Below, one piece after another: positions 44,484-58,900 of a stretch of DNA of 64,000 nt. Positions within the stretch are counted from its first letter, which is position 1. Each line of letters begins with the position of its first letter. Location of the stretch: NCBI GenBank assembly GCA_021613535.1, contig CP075497.1, forward strand, positions 8,093,488-8,157,487. The letters run 5' to 3'. The translations under genes and the position numbers were made by a program. Below the pieces are notes generated by a model that was not told the origin of the DNA, did no database searches, and saw only the letters and a list, made by a program, of their open reading frames with translations. This stretch comes from Adineta vaga. Taxonomy: Eukaryota; Animalia; Rotifera.

Positions 44484-47395
44484 TTAGAAAAAGAATTGTT
44501 TATGACTTACGTCTGCTACTGATTGATAAGATGTTGGTTCTACTGGTTGTGAATATGTTTTTGTAGGTTCAGATACTTCATCTGTTCGAGTATATGACTC
44601 ATAATTATCATATCTTTCTAATGATGATGGATGATTTGATGTATATTGATCATCTGTTTTAGCATGGCTCGTTCGAGGATATCTTGTTCCATACACATCG
44701 TTTTGCTGTTGTTGTTGTTGCTTATGTTGCCCTTTAAGTAAATTCATAATAGTTTCATCTTTATGATTTCCATTAGTTGCTGTTTTCGGTATATTTGAAC
44801 GTGTAACATGTTTTTTTTCAATTTCACTATCACTATTCCAACGATTATAACATGTTTTCTTTTGTACATCATCGATATAATCATAATTTCCTAATTCAAG
44901 ATGTTTAAGACGTTGTCGTTTTTCATAATGTGGATCACGTTTAGAATTTGGAACATATTCAGCACGTTTTTGTTGATTATAATTCCATAATGGACGATTA
45001 TGAGTATCAACTGGACCATGATTAGCACGTTGAGTATTTATTTGAGATGTTGTACCAGCATTATGTGCATTCGATGTATGTCGTGATGGTTGATTATCAT
45101 CGAGAGAACGCATACGAGTTGCTTTTTTACCTGGATAATGAGAACTATTTCGATAAACTCCATTACGTTGATGATTAGGAGCTTGAGGAGGTAAATCTGA
45201 ATCTTCATAAGCATGATTAGGGCCTCGTCGATTGGGTGGTAAACGATAATCATTATGACCATCATGATCACTAGAAGAATAATATAAATGATTTTGAAAA
45301 AAAAAAGATTTGATATAAATTGAAAGAATATGATTCTAACCTTCGAAATGTAGCATCAACTGTATTTACAGCTTCATCTCGACGAGCATCACCTGATCGA
45401 TAAGGCTGTTGTCGATCGAAACCAACATGTAAATGTGATGGTTCACTTTTGCCATTTGTTATTTGTGTAGATGGTGCGTCATAAGTTGGACCAAATAGAT
45501 TTTCGCCTGTTCTATGATTTGCTGTCGAACTGGTGGATTTGACATCTACAAAAGAGAAAAAGAAGATGAAACTATTGTTTAAACAAAAAAGTGAAAGATT
45601 CAATACCGTTATATTTCGAATTGAATTTATTTGAATCTTGATCATTATAATGTGTTGATGAAACTTCAGATGGTGCATGTCGATTTGCAGCTTCTTGCAC
45701 AAGTGGATGCATATTGTCACGTAGAAAATCTTGTCGACGTTCCGATTCATGTTGTGAATATTTTTTACGTTTATTTTCTTCGATTTGTTTATGTAATTCA
45801 TCCAACCATTGACGACGTTCCAGTTCTTTAGTTGTTTCTACATCTTCCTGATGACGACCATTTCCAAATGCTATATTTGTTCGCATTGCAGCTGGTACAC
45901 GTACTCGATCTGTGGGAGGGATTACTGATGATGAATTCTCATATGCTTGTGGTGGTGAACGATGAAGTGGAGGAACATTTGTTATTGGTTGCTAGAAAAG
46001 ATAAATTGAATATAAGAAATTGAATTAAAAAGATATTGAAAGAGACAAACAGATATTCGTGGTTGATTTTCATGTTGTTTAGGTGCACCAGCACCTGGAC
46101 GTCCAAATGGATCCCAGTATGCTTGTTTGTCCGCTAGGAAAAAGAAAGCTTTTTGAATTTTAAACGATGTTTAATTCAAAATATACAGTTTTCTTGTTTC
46201 CATTGCAGTTGTTTCTTTTCTATTAATCGTGTTTTGAATGGATCTTGATTTAATTCTAAAAGAAATAGATATGAGATAATGATTAGTTTTAATATGCATC
46301 TTACCTTCGTTATTTCTAGTTGACATATCTTGTTGATGACCATTTTGTTTTAAAGATGAAGGAAGTAGTGGTGCAGCTGGAGGTTTATTTGTTGGTGGTG
46401 GAAAATCATATTGAAATGTTGATCGTTCTAAAACAGACGGGAAAGAGATAATATAAAACTTCATTGCTTCATTTTATTGAATCATACGAGGTGATGTTGG
46501 ATTCTTTTTATGACGTGGTGATAATTGATGTTTAAGTTGATCATATTCAATTTCAAGTTGCATTCGTTCAATTTCCGCTATAGTAGTAAAAAAAAGTCGC
46601 AGTTTAATGAAAATTAATTTCGAAAATAGAAATACCTTTTTCTTTCATCCATTTTTCACGTTTTTTATTTGCCATTTTACCTAATGCTTCATCTCGTGGT
46701 GTTGTTTGTGATGCTGGTAATTGTGGTGGTTCTAATACTAAATCTAAATTCGGAACAGCAGGTGCACTAGTTGGTTCACTGTGATATCGTGATGGTGATG
46801 ATGCTAAACATACAATAAACATTTAGAAAAACAACAAACCCCGAGCTCCAATGCAAACAGTTAACATACCCTTGGTATCTGAATTAGTATTTGGTTCACC
46901 TAGAAAAATAAATAAATGTTATATGATTAAAAATGTTTTGTCTTCGTGTTTCTACTTTTAGAGTTTTCTTTAACAGCATTAACAAGATCAGCTATTTCGT
47001 CCATAGTCATATAGACTCCTAATGATGAGTCATCTTCATTAACTCGTTTTTTATTTGTTGACTGTTCATTTTTAATTGGTTGTCTTTTAGTTTCGGGATA
47101 TTTCTGATTATTCGATTTATTTCTTTGTTCTAACTGACGATTAGTAGGAGCTATTGTTCGACTATTTCGTTTTGATCTCGTTTTTGTCGACGAATCATCT
47201 ATGAATATATTATATTAATAATGAAAATAATAATAGAAAATATTGCTTAACGAACCGATTAAATCGTAAAATATTTGAGGTTTTCCATTAACAATCTGAG
47301 TACGAAAATTCATTTTATCAGTTTCTAATTATATGAAAAACAAAATAGGTTATATCATAAGAATAGATTCGATTTTACCTGTAATAGCAGCCATT
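44484..47395 (-). CDS. Large low-complexity coiled-coil protein with a poly-Q tract. It carries a possible CCDC66-type conserved helical motif, but family assignment is weak.
   Basis: Start MAAITG at 47395, then ETDKMNFRTQIVNGKPQIFYDLIGS / DDSSTKTRSKRNSRTIAPTNRQLEQRNKS.... Conserved-looking block: DVETTKELERRQWLDELHKQIEENKRKKYSQHESERRQDFLRDNMHPLV. C-terminal exon 44484..45113 contains KGQHKQQQQQQND (caacaacaacaacaa at about 44708). Confidence 0.35.
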
Positions 47396-47801
47396 TAATC
47401 GATCTTATAAACGAGTTTACCAAGGCTTCATAAATCTAAAAAATATTCCTATGTTTTCAATTAAGTGAATTCCAATGTCGTTTTTTTAAGTAGTATAGTA
47501 AAATTCTTTTTTTTTCTTTGTTTGTATTTTCAAAACAGTTTCATTCATCCATGAGCACCAATCACGGGCAACGTTGCTTAACAACAGCCTTCCTTTTCTT
47601 TTTTATCAATTCATTTGATTATAATCAGAGATTTTATTATTTTATTCTAAAATTTACAGGTAGATCATCGAAAATCATCAGAATCTTTCGATATAAAATC
47701 AAAGAATCTCATGGTTGCTAAGCAACACTCTATATTAGCTCAATAAGCATGATCATATGTCAGTTTTTGTAAATTCTATTTTTTTTGTCTAGCGAACAAT
47801 C

Positions 47802-48636
47802 ATGGCTTCAACTATGAATTCGAAAAGAGTTGTTCCACCGTCAGAGAAGCGTATTGATAACCATGCGCAATCATATCCACCGTTGGATTATTCATTTCAT
47901 AATGCACAACATCTTGAAGGTAGATTTATAGAATCTATTTGCTTCTTTATATTGTTAGTTATCTTGTATAGACGCTGTTGTTGAACCACGTATGTTATCG
48001 AATGGACCGAAACTACTCAAAGAAGGTGACCGATATCATTCCTACGGTATTAATTTAAATCATAATGCCTTACATGGCCCTTTGGAAACATTTCCAGAAT
48101 TTGTACGATCAATTTTGGTTAATCCAAATGCTCTTTCAACATTAGATTTATCATTTAATGTATTTACAGAAATTCCGAGTGTAAGTGCATATGAAAGATT
48201 TTCAACACATCGTCCATGTCTATAAATATATTCCCTGACTCATAAAATATGTAGGAAATAACAGATGTCGTTAAATATATTTTGGTTTTCTCCTATTTGC
48301 TGATACTTATAACGTGTCATTGATGTGGGTTTTTTCATATAGGTTGTCACACAATTTTCTGCATTAAAATGTTTTTACTTCCATAAGAATATGGTTAGTG
48401 ATATGACCGAAGTACAAAAATTAGCACCATTAAAACAATTAAAATATTTAACATTACATGGAAATCCAATCGAAATAACAGTGCCTTTTTTACGTTCTTA
48501 TGCTTTATGTTTATTACCCGGTTTACGTAGTTTAAATTGTACGCCTGTAACAAAAGGCGATCGAAAAACAAGTGAAGTGTGGGGCGGAATGAATAAAAAT
48601 TTACTTCCAAGATATACAAATAAAAATTTGAAATAA
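47802..48636 (+). CDS. LRRC51: Leucine-rich repeat-containing protein 51 (LRRC51/LRTOMT LRR-isoform-like), 3 exons (about 47802..47919, 47972..48180, 48350..48636).
   Basis: YPPLDYSFHNAQHLEG (cf. human EPPLDYSFRSIHVIQD). LDLSFNVFTEIPS (cf. IDLSFNDLTSIDP). LKYLTLHGNPIEITVPFLRSYALCLLPGLRSLNCTPVTKGDRKTSEVWGGMN (cf. LRSLTLHGNPMEEEKGYRQYVLCTLSRITTFDFSGVTKADRTTAEVWKRMN). Phase-1 junction gaag|gtagat ... cttgtatag|ACGCTG. Confidence 0.7.
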
Positions 48637-48674
48637 TCACTATTGAGCTTCTTTTTTTTAGATTAAAATATTTC

Positions 48675-49055
48675 ATGGCCACTTCTAATTCTAGTGCTGG
48701 TGCTAGTGCTAGTACCAGTGCATCGGCACCCTCTAGTCGACAAACTATACAACTTCAAAAGAATTTGGAATCGTTAAAAAATAATCCATTACCATTTGTC
48801 CGAGATTTAGAGTTACGAGCAGGTGAGGCTGGTAATGAGATGACAGGTACAATGATCGGTCCAGAAAACACTCCTTATGCTGGTCGTGATCTCGAGTTCA
48901 TTATCAAATTTGTACCCGAATATCCATTCAAACAACCACTGGTCCACTTTCTAACTGCTATAAGTCATCCAAATGTTAGTAAAAAGGATGGCTTTGCATG
49001 TCATGATCAAATGATGTCTCAATGGAAACCACTCTCTTTCAGAAGTATTAACTAA
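48675..49055 (+). CDS. UBC-fold ubiquitin-conjugating enzyme E2-like ORF with HPN and a catalytic-Cys motif. It appears truncated right after the active site; the 3' structure is unresolved.
   Basis: MATSNSSAGASASTSASAPSSRQTIQLQKNLESLKNNPLPFVRDLELRAGEAGNEMTGTMIGPENTPYAGRDLEFIIKFVPEYPFKQPLVHFLTAISHPNVSKKDGFACHDQMMSQWKPLSFRSIN*. This follows the E2 consensus R..KEL..L...P......W.A.I.GP..TPY.GG.F...I.FP..YPF.PP.V.F.T.I.HPN....G.ICLD.L...W.P, closest by eye to UBE2S (GPEGTPYAGGLF...[28 protein letters not shown]). The frame closes at 49053-49055. Confidence 0.5.
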   Translation: MATSNSSAGASASTSASAPSSRQTIQLQKNLESLKNNPLPFVRDLELRAGEAGNEMTGTMIGPENTPYAGRDLEFIIKFVPEYPFKQPLVHFLTAISHPNVSKKDGFACHDQMMSQWKPLSFRSIN

Positions 49056-49478
49056 CATATATTCATTATTAGAAAAACCAAATTACGATGTACCCGTTCA
49101 AGACAATATACTTGTTAAAAACGAGTCTACAAATAGCTCGTGAATGGACTCACTCACATGCTTTCCCAGAACAATAAACGAAAAATTCGTATAGTTTTAT
49201 ATGGAGGTTAACGGTGACTCATTTTCGTAGATACGTTTTCTATAATAATTATGTGTTCTTTCTGTGATTAGAATTCATTCAATCACTCTCTATTATTCGT
49301 GTGAGACCTAGTTGAAATGTTGTACGTTTTCATATCATTTTTTTCCTTCCTTATAAGAAACGATAACGTTTTTGCAATGTGGAATTATTATTAATCAATA
49401 AAATAAGCTAAAGATTTGCCTCAATAGATCAATCGTTCTTTCACCAAATATGTTTTCATTCACTTCTTTTTGGTACAG

Positions 49479-49853
49479 ATGCAAGGAATGGATGATATTT
49501 ATGATGACAAAAGTGTATCGGATATATTGAAGAATTTGAATACAAATTATTCAACTGAATTAGCAGAATTAGTTGAAATGACATTCGGTTCTAAACCAGA
49601 ACCTGAACTTCAACGACTTTCAACAGCTGAAATGATTGCAATTGGATCATTTGGTTTTCGTCTATTGTGTCATTATCATCGATGGGAAACAGCAGAAAAA
49701 AACGATCGAATGTTTCATGAACATACAGATGAAACAACTCGCATTTTTACAATTCCATTTCCAACACAACCTCGATCTCGAGAGGAACTTTTAACTGTCA
49801 TTGAGGAGATGATCAAAGATGCGAAAGCAAGTTATTTGAAAGGTTTTGACTAA
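49479..49853 (+). CDS. Unassigned exon or ORF in the same reading frame as the upstream E2 ORF. It is preceded by a strong acceptor (ctttttggtacag) and may be the 3' exon of the E2 gene or a separate small gene.
   Basis: MQGMDDIYDDKSVSDILKNLNTNYSTELAELVEMTFGSKPEPELQRLSTAEMIAIGSFGFRLLCHYHRWETAEKNDRMFHEHTDETTRIFTIPFPTQPRSREELLTVIEEMIKDAKASYLKGFD*. Frame (start-1) mod 3 is 2 for both 48675 and 49470. I could not match a known domain by eye. Confidence 0.3.
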   Translation: MQGMDDIYDDKSVSDILKNLNTNYSTELAELVEMTFGSKPEPELQRLSTAEMIAIGSFGFRLLCHYHRWETAEKNDRMFHEHTDETTRIFTIPFPTQPRSREELLTVIEEMIKDAKASYLKGFD

Positions 49854-49976
49854 TTCCATCGAAATATAAAGATAGAGTAACAATTCAAATGATTAAGATT
49901 CATTGATTAGAAATTATTTTTATTGATTTAAAATTAAAATTAAAATGAAGCTTACTAGAATAAAAAGACAATTTTT

Positions 49977-52900
49977 CTAATCATTGGATTTTGATACAAT
50001 AGTCATACTAAGTTTAAGATGTTTCTTCTGTAAATTATCTTTAATTTTATTGATGACTGTAATTGTTGATAAATCTCGATTATCTGCATAATAAACTCGA
50101 TAAATGAAGTAATTTGATGAATGTTGAAGAAGATATTCAACTTCACTAATCGATACTAAAAATGTATTTTGATCAGAGGTACGAGTGGTTTTTACTTCAA
50201 TATATTCGATCCGATCGTTATCTGATCTGATAATTATACGAATATCATATGGTGCACCGGATTCAGTTGTTTCATTTAACCATTCGATACTTTCTTTTGG
50301 ATATTTCCATTTCAAATAATTAAAAACAAATTCTTCACCTTGACGACCAGTGAGTATATCAGCTTCATTACCAATAGGATGACAAGGAATAGTGATCGAT
50401 GAGTCGTTTGTCAATAATGATGATGATGATGATGATTCGAAAAGATCAATAAGATTGGAAACATTAATACGTTCAAAGTTAGCGGCTGGTAATAAAACAG
50501 GATCCGAAAAGACGATGGGAGCATGTGGTTGAAGAAAACGATCTTCAGATAATGTTTTATTGTCATCATTTGATTCTGATTGATTCTGATCTATTAAAAT
50601 TGATAAAATCAAATTAAATAAATAGAAATATCAAATTTCGAATCGAATTAATGTTATATAACTTACCATTTAAATGTTTGTTATTATTTGTCTTCCTAGT
50701 TCGATGTTCATGATCTTCAGATATTTGTGAATCGTGCTCATTCATGTGTAATGTTGATACATGCTTTTCTACTATGAAATTATCCGATTTCGATTTTGAT
50801 TGTATTTTAGAAGTTGATTTTGCTGGGGAAGGTTCATCTGATTCAATTACACTTGCTCTCAAAGGAAAACTAGTTAATCGATTAGCATCTTCTTCATTTG
50901 GCACTTCTTTTGGACGAGGTTTTGGACGACGAGTAGGTTCATTACTCAATTGTTCAATTTGTTCATTAGTAATCACAGGTTTCTCAATCACTTTCGTTTC
51001 TTTTTCTTCTTTTGGCAACACAGATGGAACATTTTTCTTCGCTATCTCTGAAATAAACCATTTTGGTTCATAATTTCCTTTCAAACTTTCACGTAATTGA
51101 TCTAAACCATGTTCAACATTATTCTGATATATTTGCACAAGTTTTCGAATATATGTTAAAAGTTTTGATCGAGCCGTTTCATTTTCCACAATGAAATCAA
51201 CCATAGCATCGATATATCGCATCTCGGAATTTTCATACTTTTTTAATATATAGAATTTACACGATTTACGATCGACATATGTATCGATATTATATGAAGT
51301 CGGAGGTGTTTTAATAATATTAGAACCGTAGCAATATGAAAGTTGGATATGATCAACACATAAGAATTGCATACGAGCAAATATTGTTGAAAGATCAGTA
51401 GATCGAGTATCGGATATCAACGAATGATCTAGTAGAAAATGTTGAATAAGATCAATTGAATGACGATAAAAGTCCGATAGATTTGTTGATAGTTGTTCAT
51501 TTTCGACATGAACTTTTGTTTGAATGATATCATCGAGATCTTCGATATTAAATAGTATACAAAAATTCTTTTTAAACTCATTTACAATATCAAAACCTGA
51601 AATATGAATAATAACAAACGAAAACTTAAATATCATATGTGTCTTACTAGGTAGTTTAATAATTGATAATATATCAACAAATAGATTTACAATATTGGTA
51701 TCATGTGGATAGAATGGATGATCAGTGTATTTCATTAATTTTTGATTTTCATTCATACACGGAATAAATGAAAGATTGAGTAATTTTTCTATATTGAAAA
51801 CAAATGTTTTGCAAAACGTTAAAACAATCAACAAATTTTCTATACCTCGAATTTCTTCATGTTTATCTTGTTTTATAGTTAATTCTGTAATTATTTCAAT
51901 AATTTGCCAGATTTTATCATAATCTTGAATAATTGATAACAAGGGTATATAATCATCAATAGCTGGTTGAAATTCAACACCAAATATGTCAAGAAAGAAT
52001 GATTGCAAACTTGGATTGTTATTATTATGACGATAATAGGATTGAAGGGAAATTCGATCGCTTGAAGATATTTTAGTATCTTGTGACGATAGAAGTGAAA
52101 GTGGATCATTCCAAAATGTTTGATGAGCAAATAAGAAATCGCCGGTATTTTGATTACGTGGAATAAATATAAGTGGCCAGAGACGAAATTGATACATAAG
52201 ATGGCGAGTTTCATCATTTGATGCAAGATATTGATAGATTAGATGGAAATTATCAATTGTATCCAAACAACTTTGTCGAAATGTATTGGGGAGAGTACAA
52301 GGAATACTAAAGTAGAATAAAATCGATGATAGATTATTATATTGCATAAGATAGTTTTTCTATACACTTTATTTTGTTCATGAACTTACGCGTCAGATGT
52401 ATTTGTTTGATTGACTAAATTCCACAATGTTTCCATATCTAAATCACACGCCCATTTCATCAATAATTCAAACATAGTTCGATGTGAAACATATCGTTTG
52501 ATGCCAAGTATATTACTAATGAAATCTGTGTTGTTTAATGATACTTTTGATTCATCTAAATGTGGTACATATCGTCGAAAAGCAGATGTTTGATTATCGG
52601 ATGATAATAAATAAACATCATTCGGTTTAAATAATTTACCACCAACAACAGGAATCCAAGCATGTTGTCGAACTGAAAGACAAAATGAAGATTCAACACC
52701 TGATATTGGTGTTGGATTATGTTTGTATGTATAAGCTAAGCATACTGAAGCTGAATAATATAATGCAGTATGCTGATATTGATTATTTAGGTATTGAAGT
52801 AATTGTCCACATAAATCAAGATCATCGATGTTATTCTCATCGAGTGTTGATATAAGTTTATCAAATTCTTGACATGAGCAATCTTTGATTATAAATGGTT

Positions 52901-55900
52901 CATCAATTTGTTCAGATAATCGAGAAATTGAATATACCCATTTAGTAGTAGCAAGTTCCGAGACTTTAACAAAATCTAATGAGAGACAAAAATAACTTCT
53001 AGTAAATCATCAATCTATACCAATCTTACATTCGTCTTTGAAATTCATTTGAAGAAAATCGCTCATATTTAGTTCTTTGAGAAATGAAACGAAACTACGC
53101 ATGTCGTTCTCTGTACGTAATAATTGAGTGTGATATTCTGTATAATAATCATCGGAAATGAATATAAATTGATATTTTGGTAATTTCAAAGATTCCAATG
53201 ACTTTCGACAACCATATTTCGATGTTAAATGAACAATAACATCTGATGAACCCAATGAAACAAATGTATTACCACGTGTTTTAATAATTATATTATTCTG
53301 CATTGTTTTTAATTCATTTTCAAAATTTTTTTCTCGCTGTTCTAAATAGATATATTCATAAATACACATAAGATAAGCCATCAATACTGAATCCGATTTT
53401 GACGACCAACGACTTGAATCGGACATGATGGGTAACATTTGTTGACGATATATCTCACGGATATTATGTCCTTCAGTAATACCTAGAACATTTAAGAGAA
53501 AAGAAATAGATGATGATGATGAAAAATGTCGATTATTTACCAAGTTTTCGAAGAAGACGTTTAATGGAATCTAGTTGACGTGGATATTTATCTTCAATGA
53601 TATTCAATAATTGCTCATCTAACGTTGGCATATCATCAAGAACAAGTTTTAAATGTTTTGAAAATCGAATTGATTTATCCAATGGAAATGAAATAGAATA
53701 TTTATTAAATTCATTCACTGACATTAATCGTGAATGTTGTTTAATAGGAAGAATTTTCATTTGTTTCAGTTTAGTAATCGTGTCTTCTTCATTTTTTTCA
53801 TTATGATCATGATCAAAATAGATTTGTTTACGTTGTTGTTCAAGGCTATAATCAAGACATACAAGCCATTGTGCAACTGAAAGAAGAAGAAAAAAAATCA
53901 AGAATAATTAGTGTTTTATTTTGTATTAATGAAAAAAGAAAAAAAAAATATATACTTTGTTCAATAGATGAGGTTGTTTTTGGTCGTTCTTGTTCATTTT
54001 GTTGATATGATATTTCAATAAGTCGTGTAATCGGCAAAATCAAGTTGACGACAACCTAATTTTAGAAGAATTTGTTCGTCACATTCGAGAACTAATTGTT
54101 CATGAACATAATAACTATTAAAATGAGCAATAAGTAAATCTTGTGAGAGAATCTTTCGAATATGTGGATCTCGTATAATCATACATTTCGATGGTGAAAC
54201 CCAATCAATGATACTTTCCTCTTTTTCATTTTGTCGAACAATTGGTAATTCAATGATTCCCGTTAATAATTGGATACTTTCATCAACAAATGCATTGAAA
54301 TAAGAATCAAGTTCATTTCGTGATGGAATCAATTTAAGAAAATATTTAATTGCATGTATTGGTGTTAAATGATTGGTAATGTGTGTATCGATTGATGATG
54401 AAACGAGTAAATCAGGTAAACGTTTAAATTGAAGATAAGCTAAAGAAAGAAGACAAGTCATTTCAGTTTTTAACCACTCATTCCATAGATTATCACGACG
54501 TATTTCTTGACGAGTCGCTGGAATTTCAAAATCTGCTTGAAGAATAAATCGAAAGCCATAGGAACGAAGTGGTAGATATGCAAAGAGAGGTTGTGTTGGT
54601 AGAGGTTGATTTGAAGATTCTTGAATTTTATTCAAAGGATAAGCAACAGCAATCGTTGTTGAATCAACTTCACCTTTAATATCACGTAATTTTTCCTAAA
54701 ATTTATATAGAAGAATTTTATAATCAGTTAATTTATTAGAGGAAATTGTGATTACTTTGATATGTGTTGGTACATCAATTACTTTTTTAACGACTAACCA
54801 GAAATTATTAATAACAGATTCATTCGTCATTTTTTCTTGTAATTCAATAATCTGTCCTTGAGCATGATCGATTCTAGTAAAGACTCGAGTAATTGAACCC
54901 GATTGTTCATTAATAATTTCAATTTGTCGTAAACGATTAAGAAAAAGTAAAAGTTTTGCTTGAATATCTTTAAAGTTTCGTTCTAATCGATCATGTCGTG
55001 TTTCTTGTTTCAATGGTAAACGAATGCATGTGGTCCATTCATCAGAATTAGGTAATATTTCTTCATATTGATCTAACCATATTGGTCGAATATAACCAAT
55101 CTGTTTCGTACCATTTATCGTATCAAAACGTATATGATAATTTCGAGAATGAATTTCAGGTCGATGTGAGATCATAAAAACGGATTTAAATCCAATACCT
55201 TTATGACCAGCATAACCTTGTTTATGTTTTCCTTTTGTTGAAGCACCAACATTACAAATAGCTGAAATATTACTTGCTTGAAAACCAATTTCATTGTTAC
55301 AGACAAGAATTCGTTCTTTAGCAAGAATAAATCGTAAAGTTGGTAAACATTCAGATGAATATTGATTATCATCTGCATTTTGAATGAGTTCAAGAACGAA
55401 ATGTCCTTGATCAGAATAGAGATCTGTAGATAATTTTTCTAAACTTCGTTCAATCATTCCTTGAAGATTACTAACTATTGATTGACCAGTTGAATCAAGT
55501 GTACTATCAACACCAAAACCACGACGTATAGATTCAATATGTTCGAATGCAGCTTTTGATGAATTCTTTTCATCATCTGTATAATTTATAATTGGAATCA
55601 CGGAAAGACTAGTAGATTCTTCAACTTTTGAAACAATAGGAGACACACCATGAATGATTGATGATTCGATGGAATGATCTATGATAAAAAGTAAGTAAAT
55701 AGAAATCGTTTGAGATGAGTATAGACAAGAAAATATCTTCTTTTACTTCTGTTGATGTTATCTTTTTGTAATAATGTATCGGTTATCTTAACTTCAAATT
55801 GCTCCTCTAATTCGACTTGATTTAACCATTTCTCTTCATTTTTCCATTCGACAATATTAATCATATAACCGAATAATTCTAATTTGGTTCTCTGTTGCAT

Positions 55901-58900
55901 ATTAGCTAGATTCCATATTCTTATACGTACATTAATATTATTCTCACAATCATTGCCGAATACATCATCAAGAGGACCAAGAATGAGTTCTTCGATGATT
56001 CGTGATTGTCCAATTAATACTGGTAAATATGTAATAAAATCTAGAATACATTGCATTGGATTAATCTGATCATTTTGTACTTTTTCCAATGTTCGCAAAA
56101 AACGAAACCAAGTTCCCATAGATGTTCGATAGACATTAAATGAAAATCGAGTAATTAAACCTTCTTGAAAAATCAATGCACATAAATGTCCAACAGCTGA
56201 TCGAATATGTAGTGCATGTAATTCACGCTCAAATGTATCAAGTGTCGTATAATTAGGTATTCGATACAATTCACCTGTTGATGTCTCCAATAAATGAAGA
56301 TCTTTAAATGTATTTTGATGCTTATGAATAAATGATTTGAAAGTTCCATGTTTTGGTTGAAAGCAGTATAACCATTGAAACCATGTAGGAATATCAATCA
56401 TGGAAGGACAATGAAGTATTAATTGACATAATTGAAGTTCATTAACATTGAACGATGTTGGACAAACATTCAAATGATTCAAACCATTTACATCTAACAC
56501 AGATTCTTCGAAACTAAATATTAAGAAGTTGATAATTTCTAAACTATGATCGATCATCGAAAGCAATGCTTACCGAATAATGGATTGTTTATTCTTATGA
56601 TATTGCTGTTTAGCTTTTCGTATCATTTGACTTCCTTGATGATCATGATGAAATTCAGGAAACTTATGTTTAATTGCTTTCTCAACAGCAGATATATTCT
56701 CTGTATTTAGATGAAGTTGATCAGCACGAACATCACCATGAATCAATACATTAGATTGTTGTTCCTCGTTGAGATTTACATCATTATTATTAATTGCACT
56801 TAGTTGTTGAATAAACGAATATAATTCTTCTCGATTATTGATTGATGAAATATGTTCGTATACAGATAGTTCTTTCCGCGGATCAATCGTATGACGATAT
56901 TTATCCAAAAATGAAATGAAATCTAGTGGATTATCACATTATCGTTCTCATCGTAATTAAGTGCAGAAAAATGTTGAACACCATGTTGAGTACAAAGACG
57001 TTGTTCGATTTTAAGAAGTTGCTTTATAGTAAGTACAGTATCGTAGCGAACAAGAAACGTATAGATGTCAGAACAAAGTTGAGCAAGACTAACCGTTGGT
57101 TTTGATTTTTTCTGATGAGATGTGAATAATGAACAAGCGAAAGATGTATTGACTGGAATACTCGAAGCTGTATCTATTGTTGTCTAAAATGAATCAATAT
57201 AATTATAATTAAATAGTTAGAACTATAAAAATAGGACATCTTTTGTTTCATGTAGTTTTTCTCATATGAATAAAGATGTAAAAGCTTACATGTTGATCAT
57301 TTGGTTCGATTTCAGATGATTGTGATGCTAATTTTTGTTGTTGTTGTTGAAGCATAGCTTCCATCTTCTTGCGCTCTTTTTTACTCATTTTTTTGTTTGA
57401 CAAAGGTAGTTGTTCCATTAGCGTTATTGTTTGAGGATGTACAATTCCATCTTGATATCCATAGAGTTTTTTAAGTTCTGGAATGAATGTTTCAGGTTTA
57501 TCGAGTGTACCTAAATAAATGCTCACATTGAATAAACAACGTATTAATTCATTATCACGAAGTTGAGTTAATGCTTTACGGACTGCAGGTTGTTGAGGAA
57601 TGAAATCTAAATAATTGTGCACAATCGATATTAAATAGTTGAACAGAGCAGTTGGCGTGTTTTTCTTATTGAATGCTGATAATTCGAGTTCATCGCGCAT
57701 CTTATCTCTAAGTTCAGTCAAATGAACACGAATATCTTCGATAAGTACCTGCTGTACTTGTTCCTGTGCTTGTCTTATATGCCAATCGTGATCACGTCGA
57801 ACACTACTGATAACCTGTAATATATTTAAGAAATTATTATACTTAAATAGTGTATAAAAGAATAACATTAGAACTTGATTACCTGTAATAAGAATGGAAA
57901 TGATTTGCAATAAATACCTAATTCTTCACGTGATTGAAGTTGATATTTTTTAACAAGTTGATCGAGAAAATCATCGAATGGTGTTGGTCGTTTATGTCGA
58001 TTTTCCTTTAGGAAATCCATAAATCTCTGAATGACTTGACCAGTCGTTATTTTTGGAACCGGTTCATTTGAATTTGTTGGATGATACGCAAATATTCGCT
58101 GTACATCGGGATTCTTATTCAAAGGACCTAGTCGAAGATCTGCATATGATTCTACTTTTAAGAATCGAGCAAGAAGTACATCGAGATCATTCAATGTACA
58201 TAGATTAAAAATTTGTTCGAAAATATTCATATAAAAAGTGACATCCTTTTGTCGATCAGTTAAATTAATAAAAGCATTGAATCTTGATGCTTGAACTCCT
58301 AACTTATGCCACGAGTCGACATGATAGAAATTGAATAATTCTCGTTGAACTCGTTCACGTGAAACAAATTCTTTACTCTCATGAATGGTTAAAATAATCT
58401 CACATAACTTTTTATTGATTTGATCTTCATAGGATGTTAATGGTCGTGTTATCTGTTGCGTTGACATTGTTCTATAACAATAGAAAAAATACGTTATCGT
58501 CTAATCTTTCGACTTAAGATAAGATCGAATTAGATTCAAATTTATTTACCTGTTGTTATAGTGGATTGTGGATAGCTTGCTGTTCTGAATGAAGGTTGTA
58601 GTTGTCATTTGTTGCAATACTGAATTGGGAAATGATTTATTTGAGAAAATTCGATTTGCTATGGGCTTTGACAACACTTTATGTTTTTTCCCAGTAGTAC
58701 TCTGTGGTGCTGGTGAATTCAATGCCATTGAGGGTGTGGGTGTGGGATTTTCTATATCACTAGGAAATTGTGTACTACTCTCTAAACAACTAATTAATCT
58801 CTAATTTCAATTACAAGCATGAAAATAGATATTACTCTGGGTAAAAGATTGTTGCTCTGGTACAGTTGATACTGTCGAATGTTCCTAAAGAAAAATTGAC

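Noticed and set aside
50744-51073. Plus-strand 109-aa ORF and other alternate-frame ORFs (51891..52226, 55172..55393, 56173..56397) inside the NOV-like gene.
   Set aside because: They overlap long homology-supported minus-strand coding exons and are opposite-strand or shifted-frame artefacts.
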